Origin: a virus
Reading direction: 5' to 3' (one strand)
Length of the DNA: 64,000 nt
Virus record (IMG/VR): IMGVR_UViG_3300028840_005911
Coordinates: 128,447 to 192,446 of that record
The notes below the pieces were generated by a model. That model did not search any database, was not told where the DNA came from, and worked only from the letters and a program-made list of their open reading frames with translations. Positions 17,843 to 27,624 of the stretch are shown here, piece by piece (positions within the stretch are counted from its first letter, which is position 1; the number at the start of each line of letters is the position of its first letter). A program made the position numbers and the translations under genes.

Positions 17843-19315
17843 CTACATTTGACCAGTCGGAGGCATCGGGGGAGCTGCAGCAGGAGCTCCGGCGGGAGCC
17901 GCCGCAGGTGCCGCACCGGCCGGAGGCATCGCAGGCGGTGCCATCGGAGGGGGTGCTGCTTGACCTGTAGCAGGCGGAGCGCCGGCGATCATGCTCTCCT
18001 TCTCTGCCTCTGACATCTGCTGGGACTCTCCTTCCGCCGCTGCGTCCGCGATGGCCTGTGCGGCAACCATCTCTTCGGGAGATGCCTCACCTGCCATACT
18101 GGCCTCTTCAGGGGTGAGATCCGCCCCTTCGGCCATCTTCACCAGGACCCCGATCTTCTTCTTGATGTCGGGATCGGATGCAGCGAGCTTCTTGAGAAGT
18201 TCCCGTGCCGCTGAAATCTTCACACCTGCTTCCTGGGTGTTATCCAGCGACTCGTGAAGTGTCTTGTCATGGGTCTTGGACATGGCCGGCTCGGTGAGAA
18301 CCTCTGCCAGCTGACCCTTGTTCTGCTGTTTGGCCTGGCCCTTGGTAGCGTCGATGGCGGCATCGTTGCTACCGACCAGCTCACGGCCTCCACCGGCGCC
18401 TTCGGTCGGGGCTGCCTCACGAGGAGTCAGCTCACCAGCCTCGGAGCCCTGGGACTGTGCCGGGGGGACGCCAGCCGGGGACTGAAGGTCCGGGGTGGTT
18501 CCGCCCTCGATGGCGTGTCCCTGTTGGCCGATCTTGGCCGGGTTGATGGCGTCTTCGGCCAGCTTGCCGAGCAGGGCCTCAGCAACGTTCTTGGGAACGT
18601 GGCCCTCTTCTGCCATCTTCTCGGTGAACTCGGAGGCCTTCTTCAGGGTCCCACCACCTGCGGTCTCGGCACCAGGCTTCTTGGGGTCCTGAACAGCAGA
18701 CACCTGCATGGCCTTCTGTGCCATCGCGGGGGTGATCTGCTTGCCTTCCTTCTCGAGGACCTCACGGACTTTGGCCTGGGCCTGCTTGAGGACATCCTCA
18801 GGCTGCTCGGCCATCATCATCTCTTTGTTGGTCTCGAGGGCGTTGGGGGCGTCGGCCGGGTTCGGCTTCTCCGACGGGGCGACCGCCTTCGGGCTCTGAT
18901 GGCCCGGGGTGGCCTCGCCACTCTCGCCGGCGTCCAGGGAAGTCCCAGGGGCGTCGGCCTGTTCTGCCTTCATGGCAGTTCCGGGCCCGCCGGGCAGAGG
19001 CGCCCCGCTGTCCAGGGGCGGATTCTGAGGAATCTCGTCCTGGGCCGCCTTGAGGAGCTCCTCGTGGACGGTTGCGTACTCGGCCAGCTTCTCTTCGGCA
19101 GAGCGGTCGTCGATGACTTCGTGGAGATGGTCCGCCAGGTAGTCACATCCCTCGGCGATCTTCATGATCTCGTCGAGGTCGGCCTCCTGGGGATTCTCTT
19201 GAGCAGCGACTTTCTCCTCTGCCTCCCCGCCCGTTTCAGCCTCAGCTGTCTTGAGCATAGACTTCGAGCTGGCGAGGACCTGGCTGACCATTTCCATGAT
19301 GGAAGTATTACTCAT
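17843..19315 (-). CDS. scaffold/core protein, acidic and Pro/Ala-rich
   Basis: 490 aa with about 11 KxA motifs; lies between protease and MCP. Confidence 0.65.
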   Translation of the reverse strand: MSNTSIMEMVSQVLASSKSMLKTAEAETGGEAEEKVAAQENPQEADLDEIMKIAEGCDYLADHLHEVIDDRSAEEKLAEYATVHEELLKAAQDEIPQNPPLDSGAPLPGGPGTAMKAEQADAPGTSLDAGESGEATPGHQSPKAVAPSEKPNPADAPNALETNKEMMMAEQPEDVLKQAQAKVREVLEKEGKQITPAMAQKAMQVSAVQDPKKPGAETAGGGTLKKASEFTEKMAEEGHVPKNVAEALLGKLAEDAINPAKIGQQGHAIEGGTTPDLQSPAGVPPAQSQGSEAGELTPREAAPTEGAGGGRELVGSNDAAIDATKGQAKQQNKGQLAEVLTEPAMSKTHDKTLHESLDNTQEAGVKISAARELLKKLAASDPDIKKKIGVLVKMAEGADLTPEEASMAGEASPEEMVAAQAIADAAAEGESQQMSEAEKESMIAGAPPATGQAAPPPMAPPAMPPAGAAPAAAPAGAPAAAPPMPPTGQM

Positions 19316-19327
19316 TTTTCGGTCTCC

Positions 19328-19591
19328 TTAGGTTCTCACCGGGGGCGGGGTAACCGCTTTGCTCTGTGCAGCTGTACCTTGCGCCGCCCTTGGTGGTTGC
19401 GAGTTCACTACGGTGTAGTTTGTTGACTTCACTTCGGACTTCAAAGAGGTAGAGGGCTTCTGTCCGGTGGTGACGGTGGCCGGCTTCGTCGGAGAGGAAA
19501 CAGCAATATTTGACGTAACAGGACCAATGGCCTTGTTCGCCGCTATCTTTGTCAGCTCATCCATGAACGAAGCCAGCATCACACTGTCCAT
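19328..19591 (-). CDS. small protein with FMDELTKIA leader
   Basis: GAGG RBS; shared leader followed by a Ser/Thr/Pro-rich tail. Confidence 0.65.
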   Translation of the reverse strand: MDSVMLASFMDELTKIAANKAIGPVTSNIAVSSPTKPATVTTGQKPSTSLKSEVKSTNYTVVNSQPPRAAQGTAAQSKAVTPPPVRT

Positions 19592-19609
19592 CTCTACCTC
19601 TCGGAGGTC

Positions 19610-20395
19610 TTACTCGGAGTCCTGCAGGAATCCATGCTCACCGAGCATTTCCCAGGCACGCTTCTCGACGGCCGCCGCCAGCTTCTCCTCGTCGGTGGCC
19701 TCGGTCTCGACGTCGTAGCCCGCCTCCTTCAGGATCGCGACGGCGCGCTCCTCAGCCAGCTTGTCCAGGAAGTCCACGGAACTCTTCTTCGACATGGCTG
19801 CGCCAGCACCCAGGCCAGCGAGACCAGCAGCACCGGCAGCCTCCGCCTTCGGGACCTCTCCCAGGGCGCCCAGGATACGCTCCTTGGCGCTGCGGCCGAC
19901 CTGACCACCGCTGCGGCCCGGCTTCGACCACTTTCCAGCGGCCTCGGCCACCGGGGCGTAGCGACCCTTGATGGCCTTGAGTACCTTGCCCCCCACCGCC
20001 TTGACTGCCTCGCCCTTGCCGGCGGACTTCTCGATGGTGGCCAGCTCGTCGACGTAGGCGTGGGCCATCTGGCGCCCGAGGAAGTCGGCCTGAGCCATCT
20101 TCTCTTCGACGCTCTCCTCTTCCTCCTTCTTCTCTTCCTTCTTCTCCTTGGGAGGCGCCTCCTCGGAGGTCTCCTGGGCGACCTTCACGATGGCGCTGTC
20201 ATCGCCGAAGACGGCGTGGGCGACCTTCATGATGGTGTCATCGCTCAGGCTCTCGATGTCGTAGCCCTCTCCGGCCACGAGCTCGTTCAGAAGCTGGGCT
20301 TCCTCGAGGATCTGTGCCTCTGCCAGCTTCTCGGCATCCTCAGAGATGCCGATGTTCTTGTGAGTGTTGTACATCTCGGCAAGAAACGGATTCAT
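19610..20395 (-). CDS. acidic KxA-motif head protein with basic/Gly-rich insert
   Basis: AGGAG RBS; EKLAE, MKVAH, VKVAQ, EKMAQ, YVDELATIEKSAG, DKLAE, EKLAA. Confidence 0.65.
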   Translation of the reverse strand: MNPFLAEMYNTHKNIGISEDAEKLAEAQILEEAQLLNELVAGEGYDIESLSDDTIMKVAHAVFGDDSAIVKVAQETSEEAPPKEKKEEKKEEEESVEEKMAQADFLGRQMAHAYVDELATIEKSAGKGEAVKAVGGKVLKAIKGRYAPVAEAAGKWSKPGRSGGQVGRSAKERILGALGEVPKAEAAGAAGLAGLGAGAAMSKKSSVDFLDKLAEERAVAILKEAGYDVETEATDEEKLAAAVEKRAWEMLGEHGFLQDSE

Positions 20396-20460
20396 GTTGT
20401 TCTCCTCTTACAAGAGTTTTGAGTTTATTCCTACGGCACTTCGCAAAGGCTGAACTCCTC

Positions 20461-23268
20461 TCATGCCGATGTTCCACGAACGATTCGACCGCCGGCCTGC
20501 TCGAGCTCCTGGGCAGCTTGCTGAGCCTGCGGAGTCTTCATGATCTGACGGATTGCCGCTGCCCCACCCATTGCGGTCAGCCAGGGGTGATCCGCAATGA
20601 GCTTCGAGAGGATATTCAGATCCTCCCCTTGCTGAGCTTCTCCACGGAGGTGTGCAGAGTACATGAGGGTCAAGGGGATGGACCCCAACACGGCAAGGAT
20701 AGTATTCCTGTCCGGGACCCGGATACCGCCTCGTAGAGCTGGTGGCAATTGAATTTCCCCTACCTTGAAAATGTCGCTGTCCCTCATGTCGTAAAGACCG
20801 GCCTGTAGCTCCGGCTCTTCCGAAATGATCTCGGGTGCGTATGTCGCAGCCTTTATCATCTCTCGTCGATACCAATTGTAAGCGGACGAAACTTTGGAGA
20901 GAAGGGGAGACTTGGAAATTTTCTCCGATACGTCCCTTTTTGGGGCAATGGTTATGCGAACCACACGCCGTTCCATCACCGGCTGCGCGTAGGACCTCTC
21001 CTCCAAAAAGGGGAGAAGTTTCCGCATGAGGTCCTTTAGGAAATATTGAGGGCCGAGCTGGTCGCATAGGGGTGTTTCTCCAGAAGCGGGTCCGAATATC
21101 TCTCCCCGCCTGCCGAAGTGATCAGCGAGTCCTTTCTGACCCAGGCTGACCAGAATGATTCTCTGGAACTCCCTTGGACGGAGCACCATCCCCATAAGAG
21201 ATGGCGTTGAGAGCGCACTTCGTAGGTCACCTTTTCCAAGCTCATCCAACACCTCTATCGGAAGGTCGGGTTCCCTCTCAGCCAGCAGCGGGGAAACTTT
21301 CCCTATCGCCGCCTCCGGGCCGATTTCTTTTACTATCTCAGCCCACTTTTTGTGGGAAGCCAGCTTGAAAGGATTGATGGCCGCTGTCTTTTCCATGTTA
21401 GAGAAGCTGTCACCGAGGCCGGAGCCCACATGGTAGGTCTCTTCTCCACTCACCTTGTTCCTCCAGATCCTTTCCCGGCGGACGGGCTTCTTTGAGGAAA
21501 ATAGGTCCTCGAGCTTGATATCCGCAGCTATCTTCTCCAAGGATGCCACCTTCTCACCCTTAACCTCTCCCTTGATAACCTTCTTGAAGGTCGTCATCGG
21601 CATGATGGTCATGGACCTGAAGAACTTTGGGCTGTCGTAGTGCTTCAGATAGGCACCCTTAGCCTCCTCCGGGGAGTTGAAGCCCAGCATGGCCTTGTCC
21701 TCATCGTACTTCCCAGTCTTGACGAAGTTCTGGTGGACGATATACGCGAACTTGGCCTTGGGGTTCGGGCCTAGGTAGACGTCCAGGCGGTCCTTGTCGG
21801 TCCCCTTCGTGCCCAGGATCTCGCCGTAGGCGTTGATCATCTTCGTCTTCCAACCCTTACCCTCACGAACACTGCCAGGCTTGTTCTCGATGTAGATCTT
21901 CAGCCCTTGGAAGACCGCAGTACCTTCGTAGGGGTACTCCTTCCTGTTTGGGGTCGGAGGCGGGCCGATCTTGATGGCCGCCGTCTTCTCGTCTTTCCCC
22001 TCGAAAAGGGGGCAGACGCCTCCAAGCTCGATTGGACCGTCCACCAGATCACATCCCTGCGGCTCTATGAAGTGCTCGCAAACCCCGCACCTCTTGTTCT
22101 TGTCAGTCTCCGAGGTCGGCATATATCCGGCCTCATCTTTGCTATAGGGAGGGGTGGTACTGGTCTGGGCCACCTTCATAGGCGGGGTAAAAGGGTCCTC
22201 GATTTGGGTTTCTGATCCGTGTTTTGTGAGTATGAATCGTGCAAGGTTCTTGCTGAGGTTCATCCTCTTAGCCACGGTCCTGAGATCCTCGGTAGAGACT
22301 TCCTTCGAGGCCGGGGGTGGAGGAGCCAACTTCTCGATCTTGACCTTCCCCTTGCCATCTGTCTCGAGCCCGCTGACCAGGTAGTGTTTCTTCGGTTCAC
22401 CGGTAGCTTCACGAGCCTTCTCAATCTTGAAGGAGGATACGGAGGCGGCTTTCATGAGTCCCTCCTCGGGCATTGGTCCGTACAGATGGTCGGCATCCAC
22501 AATCGATTGTGGGAGATGCTCGACAGAAGCCAGCTTAGACATAACCCAGGAGGTCTTGTCTGCTCCGATGAAGACGAAGCTGATATCGAAGAACCTGGGG
22601 TACGGGTTGTCCACCGATACCTGCCTGCCGTCAGGAAAGATGTGGCCCATCCCATATTTCTTGATATGGATGCAGTAATCCTTACGTGTCTTGGATTTGT
22701 TCCCACAGATCTCGCAGATGTCGTACGGCGTCCTGCAGCCCATCGATGTCGAAGGATAGTGACCGTCGTCTATCTTGGCTACTACCTCTGCAGCGCCATT
22801 GCACAGGGCCTTGTCTCTGTTGACCAGAACAACTAGTTCGACGCGCTTCATAGCCGGGTTGAGACAAGCCACTTGGATGGTGCCGAAGGCTCTGTTGGGA
22901 TCTTTATTGCGGTGGTGAGCAAAAGCGTGAGCTGTATAGAATGTCCAATACCCGTAGGGAGGGATTATCTTGTTGGTGAAGTCGTCTATTCCGTGGTCTT
23001 TCGGACCATGGGTACGGCAGTCGTGCTCCAGTACGGGCCACCTGAACCGGTCGCCGTTGACGTTACTCCCGTAGTACTCTGATGCGCCGAGGGCGTTCAC
23101 CAAGAGAGCGATGTTCTCCATGTCTGACTTGTAGGTGCCAAGCCAGTCTTGGATCTCCGGCATGACCGGACCGGCCAGCTTCTTGATAGACTGCCCCGGC
23201 CGGAAGATCTGCACGAGCGGCTCCCCGTCTGGAGCTACGCCCGAAAATGTGGAGAGCTTGGTCAGCAT
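20461..23268 (-). CDS. prohead maturation protease polyprotein
   Basis: N-terminal HK97/assemblin-like domain (AHHRNKD His, STSMGC Ser, FFDISFV..GAD) with a CxxC..C.H finger; further modules follow. Confidence 0.75.
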   Translation of the reverse strand: MLTKLSTFSGVAPDGEPLVQIFRPGQSIKKLAGPVMPEIQDWLGTYKSDMENIALLVNALGASEYYGSNVNGDRFRWPVLEHDCRTHGPKDHGIDDFTNKIIPPYGYWTFYTAHAFAHHRNKDPNRAFGTIQVACLNPAMKRVELVVLVNRDKALCNGAAEVVAKIDDGHYPSTSMGCRTPYDICEICGNKSKTRKDYCIHIKKYGMGHIFPDGRQVSVDNPYPRFFDISFVFIGADKTSWVMSKLASVEHLPQSIVDADHLYGPMPEEGLMKAASVSSFKIEKAREATGEPKKHYLVSGLETDGKGKVKIEKLAPPPPASKEVSTEDLRTVAKRMNLSKNLARFILTKHGSETQIEDPFTPPMKVAQTSTTPPYSKDEAGYMPTSETDKNKRCGVCEHFIEPQGCDLVDGPIELGGVCPLFEGKDEKTAAIKIGPPPTPNRKEYPYEGTAVFQGLKIYIENKPGSVREGKGWKTKMINAYGEILGTKGTDKDRLDVYLGPNPKAKFAYIVHQNFVKTGKYDEDKAMLGFNSPEEAKGAYLKHYDSPKFFRSMTIMPMTTFKKVIKGEVKGEKVASLEKIAADIKLEDLFSSKKPVRRERIWRNKVSGEETYHVGSGLGDSFSNMEKTAAINPFKLASHKKWAEIVKEIGPEAAIGKVSPLLAEREPDLPIEVLDELGKGDLRSALSTPSLMGMVLRPREFQRIILVSLGQKGLADHFGRRGEIFGPASGETPLCDQLGPQYFLKDLMRKLLPFLEERSYAQPVMERRVVRITIAPKRDVSEKISKSPLLSKVSSAYNWYRREMIKAATYAPEIISEEPELQAGLYDMRDSDIFKVGEIQLPPALRGGIRVPDRNTILAVLGSIPLTLMYSAHLRGEAQQGEDLNILSKLIADHPWLTAMGGAAAIRQIMKTPQAQQAAQELEQAGGRIVRGTSA

Positions 23269-23868
23269 CTAGGGCTTCTCGGTATGATCTGCTGGGCCAC
23301 CAGGGAACACTGCCGCTGGTTTCACTCCGGGGATGGCCCTGGCGGGTTCGGGCAGGAGACTCTCTGACTTCCTGGTCTCTGCGATCTGCTTCCTCGAGGA
23401 CACGAGCTCATTGATGCTCTTGATCGGAGCCCCTTCCATGCTCACCGCTTGAGAGACGTACTGCCCGGCGACCATGGGGTCCTTGGCGTAGTGCGGGTTG
23501 AACCGGTAGAGAGTGTCGAAAGACTTCTGTACGGACTCTGAATCCATCTCACCCAGCTGAGGGTTGTCGTCCATCATGGCCTTGTACGACCTGCTCTTGT
23601 TGATAGCGTCCGAGATAGCACCGAACCCCCTGTTGATGAGGCCTTCGCCCGCTCGAGCAGCCAGTCCCATGGCTGACAAGGCACCGGTGTAGATGAGCAT
23701 GTCCTTCAACATCTTGGGGTCGATTGCCGACAGCTTCTCCATTGCCTGTTCAAAGAGCTCGGGGTTGGCCTGGGCCTCCTTGATGAACTCGGAGGTGTTC
23801 CTTCCGATCCTCTCCACCTGTTCGTCGGTCAACTTGCCTGTCTCTACGAGCTCGTTGATGATACTCAT
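23269..23868 (-). CDS. virion protein with hydrophobic helix
   Basis: 199 aa; IKEAQ, EKLSA; LIYTGALSAMGLAA helix. Confidence 0.6.
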   Translation of the reverse strand: MSIINELVETGKLTDEQVERIGRNTSEFIKEAQANPELFEQAMEKLSAIDPKMLKDMLIYTGALSAMGLAARAGEGLINRGFGAISDAINKSRSYKAMMDDNPQLGEMDSESVQKSFDTLYRFNPHYAKDPMVAGQYVSQAVSMEGAPIKSINELVSSRKQIAETRKSESLLPEPARAIPGVKPAAVFPGGPADHTEKP

Positions 23869-24125
23869 GGCATCCTCATCTTCGTGAGTTGACTTGCGGG
23901 AATGTTATGGCGAAGACCGAGCCTGGCCTTCTTCATCTGCTGTGCCAGGTGGGCACCACCCCACAGAGTACCTCCGGCTACGGCCGCCTGACCAGGGTGC
24001 TTCCATGCGTAGCGTCCCAGGCCCCCAAGCATCTCGGTGCCTCTGAGAAGAGCCCGGGGGAGTAGCTTGGCGATGCTACCCTCCTTGGTCAGCTCCTGGG
24101 AGACTCTACTGAGCCTGAGCAACAT
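23865..24125 (-). CDS. small protein with ELTKEG motif and glycine-rich helix
   Basis: Start moved to MLLRLS (ATG 24125); AAVAGGTLWGGAHLA. Confidence 0.55.
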   Translation of the reverse strand: MLLRLSRVSQELTKEGSIAKLLPRALLRGTEMLGGLGRYAWKHPGQAAVAGGTLWGGAHLAQQMKKARLGLRHNIPASQLTKMRMP

Positions 24126-25365
24126 GGCTCTTCTCCATGGCTTGCTTGAGGACACCGTCGACTTCCTTGAGGTTGTCGAGGACAACGTCAGCGGCCTTGG
24201 CCAGCTCCCTGTACCCCTTCGCCATGTCATTGAAGGCCGAGAAGGTCTTGACCAGCTCGTTGTCCGGGTTGATGGTCCGGTGAGTAGCCGCCTTCTCCAT
24301 GTCGTACCTGATGACGTCGACCTGGGTCTGGGTCAGATCGAGGCCTCGATTGACCAGCCTGGGGACGATCTCCTCCATGGCCTCCTTGACGATGTCGGCG
24401 TCCCCGACCTTCGACAGAGCGTGGGTGATCTCTCCGAGAGTGACTCCCTCATAGAGACTCTGCTCGATCATGTGGGCCATGCTGTCGACAGCCTCCTTGA
24501 TCATGTAGGCGTTCTTTACCAGGGCCTGGCTGGAATCCTCTGCCATCTTCACCAGCTTATGGCGCACCCTGACGAGGTCACCGAAGGGGTTGCTCTGGGG
24601 ATACTCTTCCTTGCCGCAGGCAAACTTCTTGATGGACTCCAGTGAGACGCCCCGACCCAGGTCGTCACGCACCAGGTCGGCGTGTACCCCGCCGAGCTTC
24701 ACGTGCTCCATGGCAGACTTGCCCAGCGCCTCCTCTTCCATCTCCTCGAGACGGGTATAGTAGTCCGGGATCTCCGCCAGGTGGTCCTTGGCGATCTCAT
24801 GGGACAGGCCAGGGTCGTTGGTGTGTTCCATCTCTACCTTGTCGCCCATCCTGAGCTCGGCCGGGTCGAACGCTGTGTCGGGCCTGTTGTCGGCGAGACC
24901 TCCCTTCAGCCTGTCCTTCGCCATCTTTTCCATGACGGGGCTGACCGGCTCCATCCCGAACATCCTGCACAGGACGTCGTCTGCGGTCAGATTCCTGTTC
25001 ACATCGGCAGGCGGGGCGGTGAAGTATTCCTGGTTGGCTGCCGTCTTCTCCACCGGGCGTGCATCCTTGTCCAAGGTGCCAAGCACAACATCCGGATCGG
25101 CGATGTCGAAGTTCACGTTCTTGTCTCCTGCCTGCTTCTCGAAGATGGACCGGAAGGTATCGACGTTGGCGAACTCAACGACCCTCCGGATCTGGTCGCT
25201 GGAGATGTCGGGATGCTGACGGACCTCTGAGAGGACAGCGTCGTTCAGAGACGCCACCTTGTCCAGGTACATGTCAGCTGCCCGACGGCCCATGATCTCC
25301 AGGTCCGTGGTTGAAAGATCCGCATGCGGAAGTTGCCTTTCGAGACCGAGGAATTTCTCATCCAT
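24106..25365 (-). CDS. KxA-rich head protein with DUF5661-like insert
   Basis: LKGGLAD...KVEMEHT.D...EIAKDHLAEIPDYYTRL motif; many KxA sites. Confidence 0.65.
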   Translation of the reverse strand: MDEKFLGLERQLPHADLSTTDLEIMGRRAADMYLDKVASLNDAVLSEVRQHPDISSDQIRRVVEFANVDTFRSIFEKQAGDKNVNFDIADPDVVLGTLDKDARPVEKTAANQEYFTAPPADVNRNLTADDVLCRMFGMEPVSPVMEKMAKDRLKGGLADNRPDTAFDPAELRMGDKVEMEHTNDPGLSHEIAKDHLAEIPDYYTRLEEMEEEALGKSAMEHVKLGGVHADLVRDDLGRGVSLESIKKFACGKEEYPQSNPFGDLVRVRHKLVKMAEDSSQALVKNAYMIKEAVDSMAHMIEQSLYEGVTLGEITHALSKVGDADIVKEAMEEIVPRLVNRGLDLTQTQVDVIRYDMEKAATHRTINPDNELVKTFSAFNDMAKGYRELAKAADVVLDNLKEVDGVLKQAMEKSHVAQAQ

Positions 25366-25383
25366 TTCAGTGTCTCCGTTCCT

Positions 25384-25412
25384 TTGACTACTATTTGGCT
25401 ACGCAGTACACT
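25384..25412 (+). promoter_or_regulatory. sigma70-like promoter TTGACT-N17-TACACT
   Basis: Near-consensus hexamers with 17-nt spacer, upstream of the HTH gene and its GGAGGT RBS. Confidence 0.55.
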
Positions 25413-25442
25413 TCAACTAAAGCCTAGCACGGAGGTAAAATA

Positions 25443-25790
25443 GTGGGAAGGATTGTGTATGATGGAGAGACAGTTGTTGATCGGGAAGAAGCCCTTGAGA
25501 TTTTAGGGATAAGTAAGCGCTGGCTGTGGGATCTCGTCAAACAAGACATCATTTTGACGGTCAAGCTCCCGGAGGAGAAGAAACCTTACTACTACCTGAG
25601 AAGCATTGAGAGTTACCAGAGGGCCAAGAAGCTCATCAAGAACCGTACCGGGGCAATCATCCGACTTCTCACCCGGGTAGACGAGCTCGAGCACAAAATG
25701 TCCTGGTTGATGAACAATATGCCTGCCCCGATAGAAGAGTACCACGATATCCGGAAGATCATGAACAAGAACCACCCCGACCTTTTCTAA
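25443..25790 (+). CDS. MerR/Xis-like winged HTH protein with coiled coil
   Basis: DREEALEILGISKRWLWDLVKQ HTH; GTG start after GGAGG. Confidence 0.7.
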   Translation: MGRIVYDGETVVDREEALEILGISKRWLWDLVKQDIILTVKLPEEKKPYYYLRSIESYQRAKKLIKNRTGAIIRLLTRVDELEHKMSWLMNNMPAPIEEYHDIRKIMNKNHPDLF

Positions 25791-27595
25791 CGGTCGATGT
25801 CCCACTCCTCCTTCTCGCCGCTATCCTTGTCCAGCTCCTTGACTGGTGTGATGATGTCCGGCCTCTTCCTGAAGTGGAACGACGCCAGGAAACAGAACAG
25901 GGCTGAGTGAAAAGAGTCATCGGGACATCCCGGGGCGTGCTTGTACACATCCATACGCAGTCTGTCATTGTACTCTGAGAATATATTCAGGAAGTCTCCA
26001 GCGAAAGGTTCCTCAAACTCCTCCCATCTCGGGTATCGAAAGACGTCCCTTCTCTTGACCGCATTAAAGTAGTCCGACATCACCTCGGTCCGGTGGCAGA
26101 CGTACCTCGGCACTCCGAGCTGGGGGTCCCACTTGATCTTTCGCTTGACGTTGCCAACCCACTGGTACTTCTTGATCTTCTCAGCTCCGTACTGCCGCAC
26201 TAGGGTATCGTTGGGCCAGAAACCACCACCATAGTCTGCGCCAACGTAGGACACGTTGAACTTGTCGATGAGCCTCATGATCTCTCTGATCTGAACCTCC
26301 GGCTCTGACTCGAGGCCTTCGAACCTCTTGAAGTAGAAGTACACGAACTCCTCCCCGGATGTGATAGGGAGGTACGCAGCGAGACAGACAACGGTGAAGG
26401 CGTTCTCACTACCTCCGCTCCAGTCGATACCCATGAACACCGGGTAGCCGGAGGAGTACTTCTCGGCCACCTCCAAGTAGTGTTGCATCGATAACTTGCT
26501 CCAGCAGTTGTCCCTGACATCCTGCCGGGTGAGTGGACGGGTGCCGGAGTCATAGCTAAGTCCGAGAACCTCGTTGTAGAACTTCGCCCTGCTGTACTGC
26601 CTCTGCTTGTGGAGGATGTCATCCCACTCTACCCAGGGGACCATGAGCTGAGGAATGCGGTAACCTTCAAACGGTTTCTCGACCCGGGGCTTCGGATTCA
26701 ATGAAGCCCATTGCGCGTCGGGGTCCATCGGATGTATGGGTTCTCCGCACTTGTCACAGATGAGCCCTTCCTTGCCGATGTTATCTTCAGCCAGGATGTT
26801 CCAGTGCCACGACCCCTTGTTCTTTGGGGTGCCATGATGCCGGCAGGGTACCACCCACTCGTTCTGGGTAGAGAACTTGGACCAGTAGTGCTCAATGGTA
26901 CCGTCCAAAGACTTCGGGGTACCGCTGTAGGTGTGGAGCTTGTAGGATGAGTGGGATGCACACTCCTCGATAACCGGGATGTTATCCAAGAGAACATCCT
27001 GGAGCTCATCTATGTTTATCATGTCGGCTGGGACACCTCGAACGCGGTCCGCATTAAGGAAGGCAAACCTCATCGTGATCTGACTACCGTTGATGAACTT
27101 CTTCTCGAGAATGTTGGACAAGAGTTTGGTGTTGGTCAGGGATCTGATCTCGGGGGAGACCTCTATCGGCTCTTTGACCCTGTCCCGGCTGAACACTTTG
27201 GTCTGGGTGTTGGACGGGCTGACGTAGAGGGATCTGAAGTAGGGTATCAGGCTACAGTACGTTAGTATCCTGTTGCCCACGTAGCTTGATTTTTCAACTT
27301 GGCGTCCCGCCTTGAGGAGCAGCCTCTTATGGCTAGTGTCATAGATGGGGCGGAGATATCTACGCTCCTCGAAGTTGAAGCTCTTGAGCTCCCCTCCGGC
27401 AGGTATCTTTATAGCAAACTCAGTGAACCTCGAGGGTGGTACGTCCAGCTTGTCGGTATTGTCCAAGTCTAGGAGGTCTTCACCTTCTTGTGCAACAGGG
27501 CAGTTGGAATACCATTTGAATGCCTCATCCTCATCGATGGAGGCTCTCTTCTTATGAGATGTAGCTTGACCAAACTGTCCCGAGGTCACTATCAT
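25787..27595 (-). CDS. terL: terminase large subunit
   Basis: Walker A-like LKAGRQVEKS, Walker B INIDELQD, YSGTPKS coupling motif; nuclease FMGIDW and PDDSFHS. Confidence 0.88.
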   Translation of the reverse strand: MIVTSGQFGQATSHKKRASIDEDEAFKWYSNCPVAQEGEDLLDLDNTDKLDVPPSRFTEFAIKIPAGGELKSFNFEERRYLRPIYDTSHKRLLLKAGRQVEKSSYVGNRILTYCSLIPYFRSLYVSPSNTQTKVFSRDRVKEPIEVSPEIRSLTNTKLLSNILEKKFINGSQITMRFAFLNADRVRGVPADMINIDELQDVLLDNIPVIEECASHSSYKLHTYSGTPKSLDGTIEHYWSKFSTQNEWVVPCRHHGTPKNKGSWHWNILAEDNIGKEGLICDKCGEPIHPMDPDAQWASLNPKPRVEKPFEGYRIPQLMVPWVEWDDILHKQRQYSRAKFYNEVLGLSYDSGTRPLTRQDVRDNCWSKLSMQHYLEVAEKYSSGYPVFMGIDWSGGSENAFTVVCLAAYLPITSGEEFVYFYFKRFEGLESEPEVQIREIMRLIDKFNVSYVGADYGGGFWPNDTLVRQYGAEKIKKYQWVGNVKRKIKWDPQLGVPRYVCHRTEVMSDYFNAVKRRDVFRYPRWEEFEEPFAGDFLNIFSEYNDRLRMDVYKHAPGCPDDSFHSALFCFLASFHFRKRPDIITPVKELDKDSGEKEEWDIDR

Positions 27596-27624
27596 AATTT
27601 TGCGCCTTTTTGTGGTACAAGAAG

